Position numbers and translations under genes: made by a program
NCBI GenBank assembly: GCA_038748685.1
Contig: JBCDIS010000018.1
Location: forward strand, 1 to 64,000
Source of the DNA: Acidobacteriota bacterium
Lineage (GTDB): Bacteria > Acidobacteriota > Thermoanaerobaculia > Multivoradales > J023
Length of the DNA stretch: 64,000 bases
Direction: 5' to 3'
Shown: one piece after another, positions 24,433 through 33,492 of the stretch
Position numbering within the stretch: the stretch's first letter is position 1
Layout of the letters: each line of letters starts with the position of its first letter
Notes under the pieces: model-generated
Databases searched by the model: none
What the model was told of the DNA's origin: nothing
Seen by the model: only the letters and a program-made list of their open reading frames with translations

Positions 24433-26433
24433 ATGCCCCGAACCCCCCGCCGTATCCCCGAGTGGCCTCAGGGCCACATCACCTCCGCCGTCGCAACCTG
24501 GATCGTCGCCCCCTGGATCGTCGCCGCGCTCCTGCTGATCGCCGCCGGCCCCGCGTTCGCCCAGATCGGCATACCGCCGGCGTGCCTGTTCGTCGAGGAT
24601 CCGACCCCGGACGAGACCCTGTTCGGCAGACCGGTGGCCAATTTTCCCGGTCCAGACCATCTCTATCTGCATTCGTCGACCCATCTTCAGGGTCAGCCCG
24701 CGTACCAGAAGTGGACCGGCGGCCTGGTCTACCGGCCGCCGATTTCCACCGGCTTCGGCGGCTTCACCAGTGCGGTGATCGTCAACAATCCGGACCCCGA
24801 CGACGCGACCTGCGTCGACATCGAGTACTTCTCGGAGGTCGGCGTATCCCTCACAACGAACAGCGTGGCGATTCCCCCCGAAGGGTTCTACGTCGAAGCG
24901 GCCACGCCCCTGGCGGCTGCCAACGGCGTCGGCACCGCCAATGTGCGTGTGGTTCGTTGTTCCTTGAATGAACCCCTGGGGCCGCCGATCGTCGGCGCCA
25001 GCTTGTTGCATTCCCGGTACCTGTTCGACATCGTCGACCGGGATCGGCCCCTGTCCTTCTTCCTTCAGCTCCCGCCGGGCATGAGCTCGATGCAGCAGAT
25101 GCAGGAGGTCCAGGAGACCTCTGAGCTGTGGTGGGGGCCCCTGCCGGTCACCGGATCCAGCGCCACCGACTTCATGAACGGCGCGACGCCGTTTCCCACC
25201 GTGGTCAACCCCAGCGACGCTGCCATCGCCGTGGTGACCGAGCTTTGGCTCCACGATCAGACCACCGGCGTCGTCTCCGGGCCCCTTCCCTGGCGCACCG
25301 CGGTGGTCCCCGGCCGGGGATCGATCACCGAATTCACCGGGCCGCACCTCGCCAATCTCGGCACCACCGCGCCGGGTCTGTGGAACTACATCAACTCGTT
25401 CTACGGAGGAGGCGGTCCCGCTTTTGACGTGGACGTCTTGATCCGGATCTACACCCCAGGGGGTGAGCCGATCCTCGGCGACATCCCGGTCACCGACACC
25501 TGGGGCAACGGCATCGCGTCCACCAATTCCGATCCGGACGCCGAGCCGCCGCCGGACGTCGAGCCGGTCTCGAATCTGGTGCTCGGCAAGCGTTTTCGGA
25601 TGCTCTCCACCATGCTGTACAACGGTCCGACGTGGCGCATGGTGGCCCCGGACAACAGCACCCAGACCGGGCCGACGGCCCTGGTCCGCTTCATCGGAGG
25701 CGTGGCCAACGTCAGCCCCAGGACGGTGACAGCCCGCTTCGAGTACTTCAGCCGTGACGGAACGCCGATCTCGACGGGATCCGCGACCCTGACTCCCGGG
25801 CAGACGGTCCGCATCGAGCCCGGGGCCCCCGGCTATCCGGGCTATCGGGAGTTCGGCTGGCTTCGGGTGACGGGCTGCGCCGGCGGCGAGCTGATCGGCT
25901 GGACGGGCCACGAGATCCAAGAAGTCCAGCCCGAGCCGCACTACCACAAGGTCTTCGGCCAGACCTTCGCCGGCATCAATCGGGCGGAGCCCGGGGACGG
26001 CATTCCCCACGTCGACCCCGCTGGTTTCGGCGACCTGGTCCGCAAGGTATCGCCCCTAGTTCGGGTAGAGCCGACCTGGTATTGGCCCGGCTATACGACG
26101 TTCGTCAACGACACGGTGCCGAACCTCGGTCCATATCGCTACCAGTTCTACGACCCGACCGGCCTGAACTGCACCCAGGGCGGACGGACCCCCTTCTTCG
26201 CCGGCCTGCCTTGGTCGTGGACCTCTACGTCCTACGAGGATCCCGAGGTCTCCCTGAGCTGTGCCGGCAACCTGATGGGCACCGTCGACCACACCCTCGG
26301 GGTCATCGAGGGCATCGATGTCCTCGGCGATCCCTTCGACGAGTACGGCATCCCAGACTTCGCCGGCGAGTGGTTCCCCGGTGAACCCCTGCCGCCGTTC
26401 CCGAACGGCACGACAGGGGGTGGGGATCCCTGA
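24433..26433 (+). CDS. secreted hypothetical protein (667 aa, signal peptide, no recognised domain)
   Basis: An RBS (GGAAGGAG) lies 6 nt upstream of the ATG at 24433. Signal peptide: MPRTPRRIPEWPQGHITSAVATWIVAPWIVAALLLIAAGPAFAQ. The mature part is Pro/Gly/Thr-rich and beta-type. The upstream part of ORF 23530..26433 is antisense to nfeD and was rejected. Confidence 0.65.
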   Translation: MPRTPRRIPEWPQGHITSAVATWIVAPWIVAALLLIAAGPAFAQIGIPPACLFVEDPTPDETLFGRPVANFPGPDHLYLHSSTHLQGQPAYQKWTGGLVYRPPISTGFGGFTSAVIVNNPDPDDATCVDIEYFSEVGVSLTTNSVAIPPEGFYVEAATPLAAANGVGTANVRVVRCSLNEPLGPPIVGASLLHSRYLFDIVDRDRPLSFFLQLPPGMSSMQQMQEVQETSELWWGPLPVTGSSATDFMNGATPFPTVVNPSDAAIAVVTELWLHDQTTGVVSGPLPWRTAVVPGRGSITEFTGPHLANLGTTAPGLWNYINSFYGGGGPAFDVDVLIRIYTPGGEPILGDIPVTDTWGNGIASTNSDPDAEPPPDVEPVSNLVLGKRFRMLSTMLYNGPTWRMVAPDNSTQTGPTALVRFIGGVANVSPRTVTARFEYFSRDGTPISTGSATLTPGQTVRIEPGAPGYPGYREFGWLRVTGCAGGELIGWTGHEIQEVQPEPHYHKVFGQTFAGINRAEPGDGIPHVDPAGFGDLVRKVSPLVRVEPTWYWPGYTTFVNDTVPNLGPYRYQFYDPTGLNCTQGGRTPFFAGLPWSWTSTSYEDPEVSLSCAGNLMGTVDHTLGVIEGIDVLGDPFDEYGIPDFAGEWFPGEPLPPFPNGTTGGGDP

Positions 26434-26567
26434 AGGCGACCCGCGTTCTCGAGCAGAGGACCCAATCCCGCGCCCGGGGGGTTTCCCTCCCCCCCGGCGC
26501 GTCGCCCCGGGGGACGCCGCACCCATGCGTTCCCCGGGGCCCTTCTTTGTGTGGGGGGAGCGCCCGG

Positions 26568-29243
26568 CTAAGGGGCCTGGTGTGGGGAAACGGTGGCCAC
26601 CCAGCGGTCCAACCGCGTGAGTCGGCGATGCCCGGCGGGGAGCACGGCGGCGGCCGTACGGCGCTGCTCGACCAGAAGGTCCACCGCGGCGGTGCGGTCG
26701 ACGGACCGTGGGGGGGCGGTCAGGGCGTCGCAAAAGGAGCCGACGGCCCGGCTGAAGGCCAGGCGCCAGTTGTCGTCCTCGAAGGCCTCCTGCCGAACCG
26801 CGACGGCCCGCTCCACCAGGGGCCCCGCGAGGTTGCAGCGACCGGTTTCCGCCAGCAGGGCGGCCAGGAGGGTGCGGGCCCCCGAGGTCAGGGGATGCTT
26901 GTCGGGCAGGGACGCCTCGAAGGCTGCCACCGCCCTGCGGAGGAACTCCTCCGCCCGTTCCAAATTTCCCGCCACGCTGTGCATTTCCCCCAGATGTTCG
27001 ATGGTGAGGGCGGTTTCGGCGTGTTCTTCCCCCATGGAGCGACGGCGTAGCTCGAGGGCTCGAAGCAAGAGGGATTCGGCGTCGTCGCTACGGCCCTGCA
27101 GCAGCTCCAGGAAACCGAGGGCGTCGAGGGAACGGGCGAAGTCCCGATGCTCGTCACCGACCTTCGTCCGACGCAGATCCAGCGAGTCCATGCAGTGGGG
27201 ACGGGCTTCCTCGAAGCGGCCCAGCTCCGCCAGGCTGGTGCACAGCATCTGATGCGCCTCGGCCTGCCCTTCCACGTCGACATCGTCGTCATCGGCGGCG
27301 GCGTGGGCGTCGAGGGCCAGACGAAATTGCTCCACGGCCTCGGCGTAGGCACCTTCGTCGAAAAGCAGGAGCCCCAGATTCGAAAGGGTGAGGGCGGAGC
27401 CACCGCCGAGGGCGCGATCCGTGTCGAGGGACTCTTGGTAGTACTTCCGAGCCGTGCTGTAGTGCCCCAGGTCATGGTTCACCAGGGCCAGGTTGTTGAG
27501 GCTGTCGGCGACGAGGGCGTGGGCGTCGCCGTAGAGCTCCCGCCGCATGCGGTAGGCCCGCTCGAAGAACGTCTCCGCCCGCTGGAAACTCCCCTCGCCG
27601 GCAAGGGCGATGGCCAGGGCGGCGAGGTTGGCGGCGATTTCCGGATGGGGACTCTCCATCGACTCGGTGCGGATGTCCAGGGCCTTCTCCAGCAGGGGGA
27701 CGGCCTCGCCCGACAGACCGAGATCCCGGTAGAGCTGGGCCAGCTTGCTCATGAGCTGCGCGGTGTTGGGCTCCCGGGGGAGCTTCGAGACCTCCGCGTC
27801 CCCCCGCTCCAGCAGGTCCTTGGCGGTGATGGAGCTGCCACGTTCAGTATCGTGCTTCGCCAGCGAGAAGAGACTCTCGATGAGCTTGAGATTCCCCTGG
27901 GCCCTCTCCCGCTGCAGCTGGTTACGCTTCTTTTCCTCCTGTAGCCACTGATTCTGCAGGGTCACAGTGATCAGGCCGGTGACCAGGACCAGGGAGATCA
28001 CCGACGCGGTGGCCACCCCCAGACGGTGTCGGCGCACGAAGCTGGAGAAGCGGTAGCCGAGGGTGTCGGGGCGTGCCCTCACGGGACGGCTGCGGCGGTG
28101 CCGCTCCAGATCCTCCGCCAGCTGGGCCGCCGAGTCGTAGCGCCGCTCCGTCTCCTCCCGCAGCGCCATGCCGACGATGTTGTCGAGGTCGCCGACGAGC
28201 CGCCGGGACAGCTCGCCGGGGCGGCATCCGCGGGCGCCGGCGCGGTTCTCGGCGCTGGTGTCCCCCTGGCCGGGGTCGAGGGCGGCGTGGCTCGGCCGTT
28301 CCAAGCTGGCACCGTGCTGCCGCAGGTCGAGGAAGGACGCGCCGCTGGGGAGGGTGTCGAAGGGGCGCCGCCCCGTCAGCAGGGCGTGGAGCAGTAGCCC
28401 CAGGGAGTAGACGTCCGACGCCGTGGTGACGGCCTCCCCCCGCAGCTGCTCCGGGCTGGCCCACCGGGGGGTCATGGGGGCGCCGCCGGTGAACGTCTCC
28501 TGACCCGCTTCGGCCGGTGACGCGACGTTTCCCGGTTCGAGGATCTTGGCGATGCCGAAGTCGAGGAGCTTGGGAACCCCGTCCCGGGTGACGTAGACGT
28601 TCGAGGGCTTTAGGTCCCGGTGGACGACGAGGTTGCGGTGGGCGTAGTGGACCGCGTCGCAGACGGCGGTGAAGAGGTCCAGCCGCCGGTCGATGCTGAG
28701 CCGGTGGCGATCGCAGTAGAGGTCGATGGGCTCCCCCTCGACGAGCTCCATCACAAAGTACGGCGATCCTTCGGGGGTCGTGCCGCCGTCGATCAGCCGG
28801 GCGATGTTCGGATGATCAAGGCCGGCGAGGATTTGCCGTTCGGAACGAAAGCGCAGCGCCAGGCGTCGGTTCCAGGGGCCGTGGCGCAGCACCTTTATCG
28901 CGACCCGCAGCTCGTATTCATGATCGTCCCTCTCGGCCAGGAAGACGGAGCCGGATCCCCCCTCCCCGAGCTTCTCCAAGAGGCGGTAGGAGCCGAGCCG
29001 GTCCACCGGGACGTCCCGCTCCAGGAAATGGCCGAAGGAACGGGCGGCGCCCTCGGAGACCACGGCGTCGAGGGCGGCGCCAGCCTCCCCGTCTAGCTCC
29101 AGGAGCTCCTCCAGGGTGCGGCGCAGAGTCCCGTCACCGCCGCAGGCGCGGTCCAGGAACGCCGGCAGGGCGTCCCCGTCGACGTCCCCCGCCGCTAGGA
29201 GGATATCTTCGATGCGGCTCCAATCCCGTTCGTCGTCCCGCAC
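26568..29243 (-). CDS. serine/threonine protein kinase with a TM segment and C-terminal TPR repeats
   Basis: Hanks kinase motifs (GEGGSGSVFLA, AIKVL, HRDLKPSNV, DFGIAK) are followed by a TM helix (LGVATASVISLVLVTGLITV) and multiple TPR-like repeats. Confidence 0.85.
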   Translation of the reverse strand: MRDDERDWSRIEDILLAAGDVDGDALPAFLDRACGGDGTLRRTLEELLELDGEAGAALDAVVSEGAARSFGHFLERDVPVDRLGSYRLLEKLGEGGSGSVFLAERDDHEYELRVAIKVLRHGPWNRRLALRFRSERQILAGLDHPNIARLIDGGTTPEGSPYFVMELVEGEPIDLYCDRHRLSIDRRLDLFTAVCDAVHYAHRNLVVHRDLKPSNVYVTRDGVPKLLDFGIAKILEPGNVASPAEAGQETFTGGAPMTPRWASPEQLRGEAVTTASDVYSLGLLLHALLTGRRPFDTLPSGASFLDLRQHGASLERPSHAALDPGQGDTSAENRAGARGCRPGELSRRLVGDLDNIVGMALREETERRYDSAAQLAEDLERHRRSRPVRARPDTLGYRFSSFVRRHRLGVATASVISLVLVTGLITVTLQNQWLQEEKKRNQLQRERAQGNLKLIESLFSLAKHDTERGSSITAKDLLERGDAEVSKLPREPNTAQLMSKLAQLYRDLGLSGEAVPLLEKALDIRTESMESPHPEIAANLAALAIALAGEGSFQRAETFFERAYRMRRELYGDAHALVADSLNNLALVNHDLGHYSTARKYYQESLDTDRALGGGSALTLSNLGLLLFDEGAYAEAVEQFRLALDAHAAADDDDVDVEGQAEAHQMLCTSLAELGRFEEARPHCMDSLDLRRTKVGDEHRDFARSLDALGFLELLQGRSDDAESLLLRALELRRRSMGEEHAETALTIEHLGEMHSVAGNLERAEEFLRRAVAAFEASLPDKHPLTSGARTLLAALLAETGRCNLAGPLVERAVAVRQEAFEDDNWRLAFSRAVGSFCDALTAPPRSVDRTAAVDLLVEQRRTAAAVLPAGHRRLTRLDRWVATVSPHQAP

Positions 29244-29270
29244 GTCACGTCGTCGCCGGAGCTCCGGGGC

Positions 29271-29945
29271 TCAGGATTCGGTCTTCCCTTGGGCGGCGCT
29301 CCGCTGACGAAGCCGGGCCACGAGCCAGGCCCGTCCGAGGCGGGTGTCCAGGACCACCGTCGGCCTCGACACGCCCAGGGCCTCGGCGGTCTCCTCGAGG
29401 GAAAGACCGGCGAAGAAGCGCAGCTCCAGCACCTGGGCCTGCCGCGGCCGCAGGTCCGCCAGGACGCGGAGCGCTTCGTCGAGGGCGAGGAGCTCCTCCT
29501 CCGGCGCGCACGGGGTTCCGAGGGCCGCATCGAGGGGCTCCTTCGGCGCACCGCCGCCGCGCCGGTCCGCGGTGAGGGCTCGGGCATGGTCGACGAGGAT
29601 GCGGCGCATCATGCGGGCGGTGACGGCGAAGAAATGGGTCCGGTCCCGCCAGTTTGGGGGTTGGGAACCGAGGAAGCGGAGATACGCCTCGTTGACCAGG
29701 GCGGTGGCCTGGAGGGTGTGGTCAGGGCGCTCCCCCCGCATGGCACCGACGGCGAGGCGGTGCAGCTCGCGGTAGACCTTGGGCATTAGAGCGACGAGGG
29801 CGTTCCGCTCCCCCGACCTCCACCGCCGTAGGAGCTCGGTGACGTCGTCTTCCACCGCGTCCCCGGAATCCCGGAGCCACGGCGGTGCCATGATCACGCC
29901 CGATCCATCGGAGGTCGAAGTAGCGTCCAGACCTTGACCTTGCAT
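29271..29945 (-). CDS. ECF-type RNA polymerase sigma factor (sigma-70 family, kinase-associated ECF subgroup)
   Basis: TELLRRWRSGERNALVALMPKVYRELHRLA...ALVNEAYLRF (region 2) and LELRFFAGLSLEETAEALGVSRPTV (region 4). The RBS GGAGGA lies 10 nt upstream of the ATG at 29945, and the gene ends 27 bp upstream of the kinase gene. Confidence 0.85.
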   Translation of the reverse strand: MQGQGLDATSTSDGSGVIMAPPWLRDSGDAVEDDVTELLRRWRSGERNALVALMPKVYRELHRLAVGAMRGERPDHTLQATALVNEAYLRFLGSQPPNWRDRTHFFAVTARMMRRILVDHARALTADRRGGGAPKEPLDAALGTPCAPEEELLALDEALRVLADLRPRQAQVLELRFFAGLSLEETAEALGVSRPTVVLDTRLGRAWLVARLRQRSAAQGKTES

Positions 29946-30073
29946 GGGTGATGTCCTCCAGAGGACATGATTGTCGCAGGTCTATCGACAAACTTCAATA
30001 AACAGTGATGCTATTTTGTTCAATGGGCGAGATCTCCCCGGCCGTGCGACCGGGGCGTCGAATTCACGGGGGC

Positions 30074-31477
30074 CTACTCGGCGGCGAGGTATTCGAGCAA
30101 CTGACGCCGGGTTCCGGGATCGAGGATCAGCTCGAAGTGCTCCCCCCGCACCAGGAAGGGCTCCGCCGCCAGCGCATCCAGCTCCTGGGGTGAAAGGGCG
30201 AGCTGGCTCTCCAGGGTGGCGTGGCCGTCCCCGGGGGCGGTGGCCAGGGCTTCGAGGTACGGATCGTCGGCGAGGGCGTCGTCGCCGGTGAAGAGGAGCC
30301 CGCGTCCGCCGCCTTCGCCGCGGATCGCCCGGTGGGGGGTGTCGTCGTAGCCGTTCTGGAGGAGGTAGTAGCGGGGCGTCCCGAAGCCCGGCGCGTCCTG
30401 GAACAGCAAAGCGTGTAGCCGCCGGGAGCGGTCCAGGCTGCGGGCGAGGAACCCACGCCTGGCCGCGTCGTCGCCGAAGATCTCGGGGTGCTGATCCGCC
30501 CTCAGGCGGGCGTCGTCCTCGAAGATCGACCAGCCCTCGCGGACCCAGACGTCCGGGTCGAAGAGACTGAGATCTAGCGGCTGGCCGGAGGTGTCGAGGA
30601 ACGGCCGTGGCCGATAGGCCGGGAGATCCTGGTAGAGGGCTGGGAAGGTGAACATCACCTCCGGTTCGATACGGCGACCGAAGGGGGCCAAGTACTGACG
30701 ACCCCGGTGCAGCTCCCGCAAGATCCTCAGGCTGCCGCCGTTCGAGGTCCCGACGAGGAGAAGCTTGCGGATGGAAAACCGGCGCCGGGGCGGTGGGTCG
30801 CCCTCCGCCATCCGGCGTTCTGCCTCTTCGAGGGGGACGGCGCCGTACTTGAGCAGGTAGCGGCAGATGTGGGCGCCGTTGGACTGGCAGATCAGGTCGA
30901 CCTGCACGTCGTCGTCTCCGCCGCGGGTCTGGGCGAGGGCTTCGAGGGCCGCACCCAGACGGCGGGCGCTCATCACGTTGTCGTCGCGCCAATCGTAGGG
31001 GAAGAGATAGAGGTCCTGGCCGGCCCCGGGGGAATCGAAGTTGCCCCGCACGTAGCCGTGACGTTCGAGCATTTCGGGGATCGGGCCGTAGATTTCCTTC
31101 TCGACGACGCCGAGGACCTGCATGCGCTCGATGACGGATCGGGCTTCGAGGGCGGTGGGGCCCCCCAGGGGCTCGCTCAGGGGGCGGGCGAGTTCATAGC
31201 CCCCGTCCCGCGGGGAGAGGACCCGCGGTCCGGTGCCCCACACCACCTCCCCACCGTCCCGCTTCGCCAGCAGGCTTCCGGTGACGCCGGGCACGAGGAC
31301 CACCGGCACCTTGGGTCCGGCTGCGAGGCGATCTAACGTCGGCTCCTCGAGGTGCGTAGCGCAGCCCGCCGTGACCAGGGGTAGCAGCACCAAGAGGGCC
31401 AGGGCGACCTTCCGCGGGGCCGGTGTCGGCAGGGCCCGCGCGGGGGGGGTCCGGGGACGTTTGGGGAGGGAGGGCAT
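30074..31477 (-). CDS. lipoprotein, LCAT-like alpha/beta-hydrolase (lecithin:cholesterol acyltransferase / PGAP1-like lipase family)
   Basis: The lipoprotein signal has a lipobox (LLPLVTAGC). The diagnostic FPYDWRDDN motif of the LCAT family is present. The nucleophile region is LICQSNGAHICRY; a canonical GHSxG is not obvious. Confidence 0.65.
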   Translation of the reverse strand: MPSLPKRPRTPPARALPTPAPRKVALALLVLLPLVTAGCATHLEEPTLDRLAAGPKVPVVLVPGVTGSLLAKRDGGEVVWGTGPRVLSPRDGGYELARPLSEPLGGPTALEARSVIERMQVLGVVEKEIYGPIPEMLERHGYVRGNFDSPGAGQDLYLFPYDWRDDNVMSARRLGAALEALAQTRGGDDDVQVDLICQSNGAHICRYLLKYGAVPLEEAERRMAEGDPPPRRRFSIRKLLLVGTSNGGSLRILRELHRGRQYLAPFGRRIEPEVMFTFPALYQDLPAYRPRPFLDTSGQPLDLSLFDPDVWVREGWSIFEDDARLRADQHPEIFGDDAARRGFLARSLDRSRRLHALLFQDAPGFGTPRYYLLQNGYDDTPHRAIRGEGGGRGLLFTGDDALADDPYLEALATAPGDGHATLESQLALSPQELDALAAEPFLVRGEHFELILDPGTRRQLLEYLAAE

Positions 31478-31703
31478 TGTGGGATCTCAGGCGGCGACCG
31501 CCGCTTGGCGAGCCCATTGTCTCATGCCCGCTGGAGCGGCTCGGCGTTGCGGATGTGGTAAAAATCCCAGGCCCCGCCCCCGGCGAGGTCCCATGTCCGG
31601 GCGTCCGTCCGGCTCCGCTCGGGGCCCCGGAATCCGCCCCCAGTGAAATCCCAACAGGAAGGCCCCGACCGTGTCGAGCGAACCGAATAGCCCGTCCGTT
31701 TCC

Positions 31704-33257
31704 ATGCAAAAGATCGTCTCGCTGTGCAAGCGGCGCGGCTTCGTTTACCAGAGCTCCGAGATCTACGGTGGGCTGCGCTCCGCCTACGACTACGGCCCCA
31801 TGGGTGTCGAGCTGAAGCGCAACCTGATGAACGAGTGGTGGCGGGCGATGGTCCACAGCCGGGAGGACATCGTCGGCCTCGACGCGTCGATCGTCATGCA
31901 CCCCCAGGTGTGGAAGTCGAGTGGCCATCTGTCGAACTTCTCGGACCCGCTGGTGGACTGCAAAGTGTGCGGTGAGCGGTTCCGCGCCGACAAGGCACCG
32001 CGGGCGATCCCGGAGGCCGCCTTGGAGATGACCTTCGACGACAAAGGTCGGGCCAAGGCCGCCCTCGAGCGGGTGGCGAGACTGGCGGGGAACGAGGTGA
32101 GCCGGCGAGGCAAGTCGATCCTCGGCGTCACCGCCGGGAATCGCGGCTACATCTGCCCCAGCTGCGGTTCCCCTTTCCTCTCGGAGGAGCGTCAGTTCAA
32201 CCTGATGTTCAGGACGTTCCACGGTCCCGTGGACCCGGTGGGGGACGTGGTGCGGGCCGTCACCGAGGCGGTGGAGGCCGGCGGCGACGCCCGCGCCGCC
32301 GCCGAGCAGGCCCTTTCAGAGAGCTCGGTCTACCTGCGCCCCGAAACCGCCCAGGCCATGTTCGTCCAATTCGCCAACGTCCTCCAGTCCACGGCGATGA
32401 AGGTCCCCTTCGGCATCGCCCAGATGGGGAAGAGCTTCCGCAACGAAGTGACGGTGGAGCACTTCATCTTCCGTTCCCTCGAATTCGAGCAGATGGAGAT
32501 GGAGTACTTCGTACCGCCGGGCAAGGGCATGGAGTGGCTGGACTACTGGAAGGCGGAGCGGCTCGCCTGGTGGCAGGGCTACCTCCGGTCGGAGGATCTC
32601 CGCCTGCGGGCCCACGACGACGACGAGCTGGCCCACTACTCTGACGGCTGCTTCGACGTCGAATACCGGTTCCCCTGGGGGTGGGACGAGCTCGAGGGGA
32701 TCGCGTCCCGCACCGACTACGATTTGAGGGCCCACACCGAAGGGTCCGGCAAGAAGCTCCTCTACTTCGATCCCGAGGCCGAGAACCCCGAGACCGGCAA
32801 GAAGGGCTGGCGCTACATGCCCCACGTGGTGGAGCCGGCCGCGGGGGCCACCCGCGGCGTCCTGGCCATCCTCTGCGACGCCTACGACGAGGAACCGGCG
32901 GACGCCGACGGCAAGGGGGCCCGTACAGTGCTGCGGCTGCATCCCCGCCTGGCGCCGGTCAAGGCGGGCATCCTGCCTTTGGTGAAGAAGGACGGCATGC
33001 CGGAGAAGGCGCGGGAGATCGTGGATCGCTTCCTCGACGCCGGTATCAACGCCAAGTTCGACGGCCAGCACTCCATCGGCAAGCGCTATGCCCGCCACGA
33101 CGAGATCGGGACGCCCTACTGCCTGACCGTCGACGGACAGACCGCGTCGGACGACACGGTCACCATCCGCTACCGCGACGACCGCCGCCAGGAACGGATC
33201 CCGGTGGTGGAGGCGGTGGAAGTGGTTCGGCAGGCGCTGGCCGCCGGGGCCCGCTAG
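31704..33257 (+). CDS. glyQS: glycine--tRNA ligase (dimeric class II GlyRS)
   Basis: MQKIVSLCKRRGFVYQSSEIYGGLRSAYDYGPMGVELKRN and class II motifs are present, with a C-terminal anticodon-binding domain. Start set at the ATG at 31704. Confidence 0.9.
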   Translation: MQKIVSLCKRRGFVYQSSEIYGGLRSAYDYGPMGVELKRNLMNEWWRAMVHSREDIVGLDASIVMHPQVWKSSGHLSNFSDPLVDCKVCGERFRADKAPRAIPEAALEMTFDDKGRAKAALERVARLAGNEVSRRGKSILGVTAGNRGYICPSCGSPFLSEERQFNLMFRTFHGPVDPVGDVVRAVTEAVEAGGDARAAAEQALSESSVYLRPETAQAMFVQFANVLQSTAMKVPFGIAQMGKSFRNEVTVEHFIFRSLEFEQMEMEYFVPPGKGMEWLDYWKAERLAWWQGYLRSEDLRLRAHDDDELAHYSDGCFDVEYRFPWGWDELEGIASRTDYDLRAHTEGSGKKLLYFDPEAENPETGKKGWRYMPHVVEPAAGATRGVLAILCDAYDEEPADADGKGARTVLRLHPRLAPVKAGILPLVKKDGMPEKAREIVDRFLDAGINAKFDGQHSIGKRYARHDEIGTPYCLTVDGQTASDDTVTIRYRDDRRQERIPVVEAVEVVRQALAAGAR

Positions 33258-33272
33258 CCCGCTCGGGGGCTG

Positions 33273-33298
33273 GGGGCGGGCCTCCGCCCCTTTCTTGA
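33273..33298 (+). terminator. rho-independent terminator after glyQS (GGGGGCGG-gcct-CCGCCCC followed by TTTCTT)
   Basis: A perfect 7-bp GC stem is followed immediately by a T-rich tract, 16 nt past the stop codon. Confidence 0.5.
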
Positions 33299-33346
33299 CG
33301 GTCCGCGGGGAACGGAACGGGTCGGCAAGAACCGACCGAGATGCAG

Positions 33347-33376
33347 AAAGGCCGCCGGGCGTCGCCGGCGGCCTTT
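33347..33376. terminator. candidate bidirectional terminator hairpin (AAAGGCCGCCGG-gcgtc-GCCGGCGGCCTTT)
   Basis: A 10-bp GC stem is flanked by an A-run on one side and a T-run on the other. It lies between convergent glyQS and the IPTL-CTERM protein gene. Confidence 0.4.
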
Positions 33377-33492
33377 CGCATTTCCGCAGATTTGGCCTGG
33401 GCACAGAAAAGCCGCTGGGGGAGTGGACCCGGCCTAGGGGCGCGGGTCCTGTCCAGCGGCGATTCCGTCGCCGTTTGGTTCGGCAGCTGCGA

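Noticed and set aside
26469-26501. GC-rich hairpin (CGCGCCCGGGGGG-tttccct-CCCCCCCGGCGCG) between the convergent secreted-protein and kinase genes
   Set aside because: It could be a bidirectional terminator, but there is no flanking U-tract on either strand. It was left uncalled.
29951-29968. Perfect inverted repeat ATGTCCTC-CA-GAGGACAT just upstream of the ECF sigma gene
   Set aside because: On the coding strand it contains the GGAGGA Shine-Dalgarno 10 nt before the ATG. The symmetry is probably incidental to the RBS rather than an operator.
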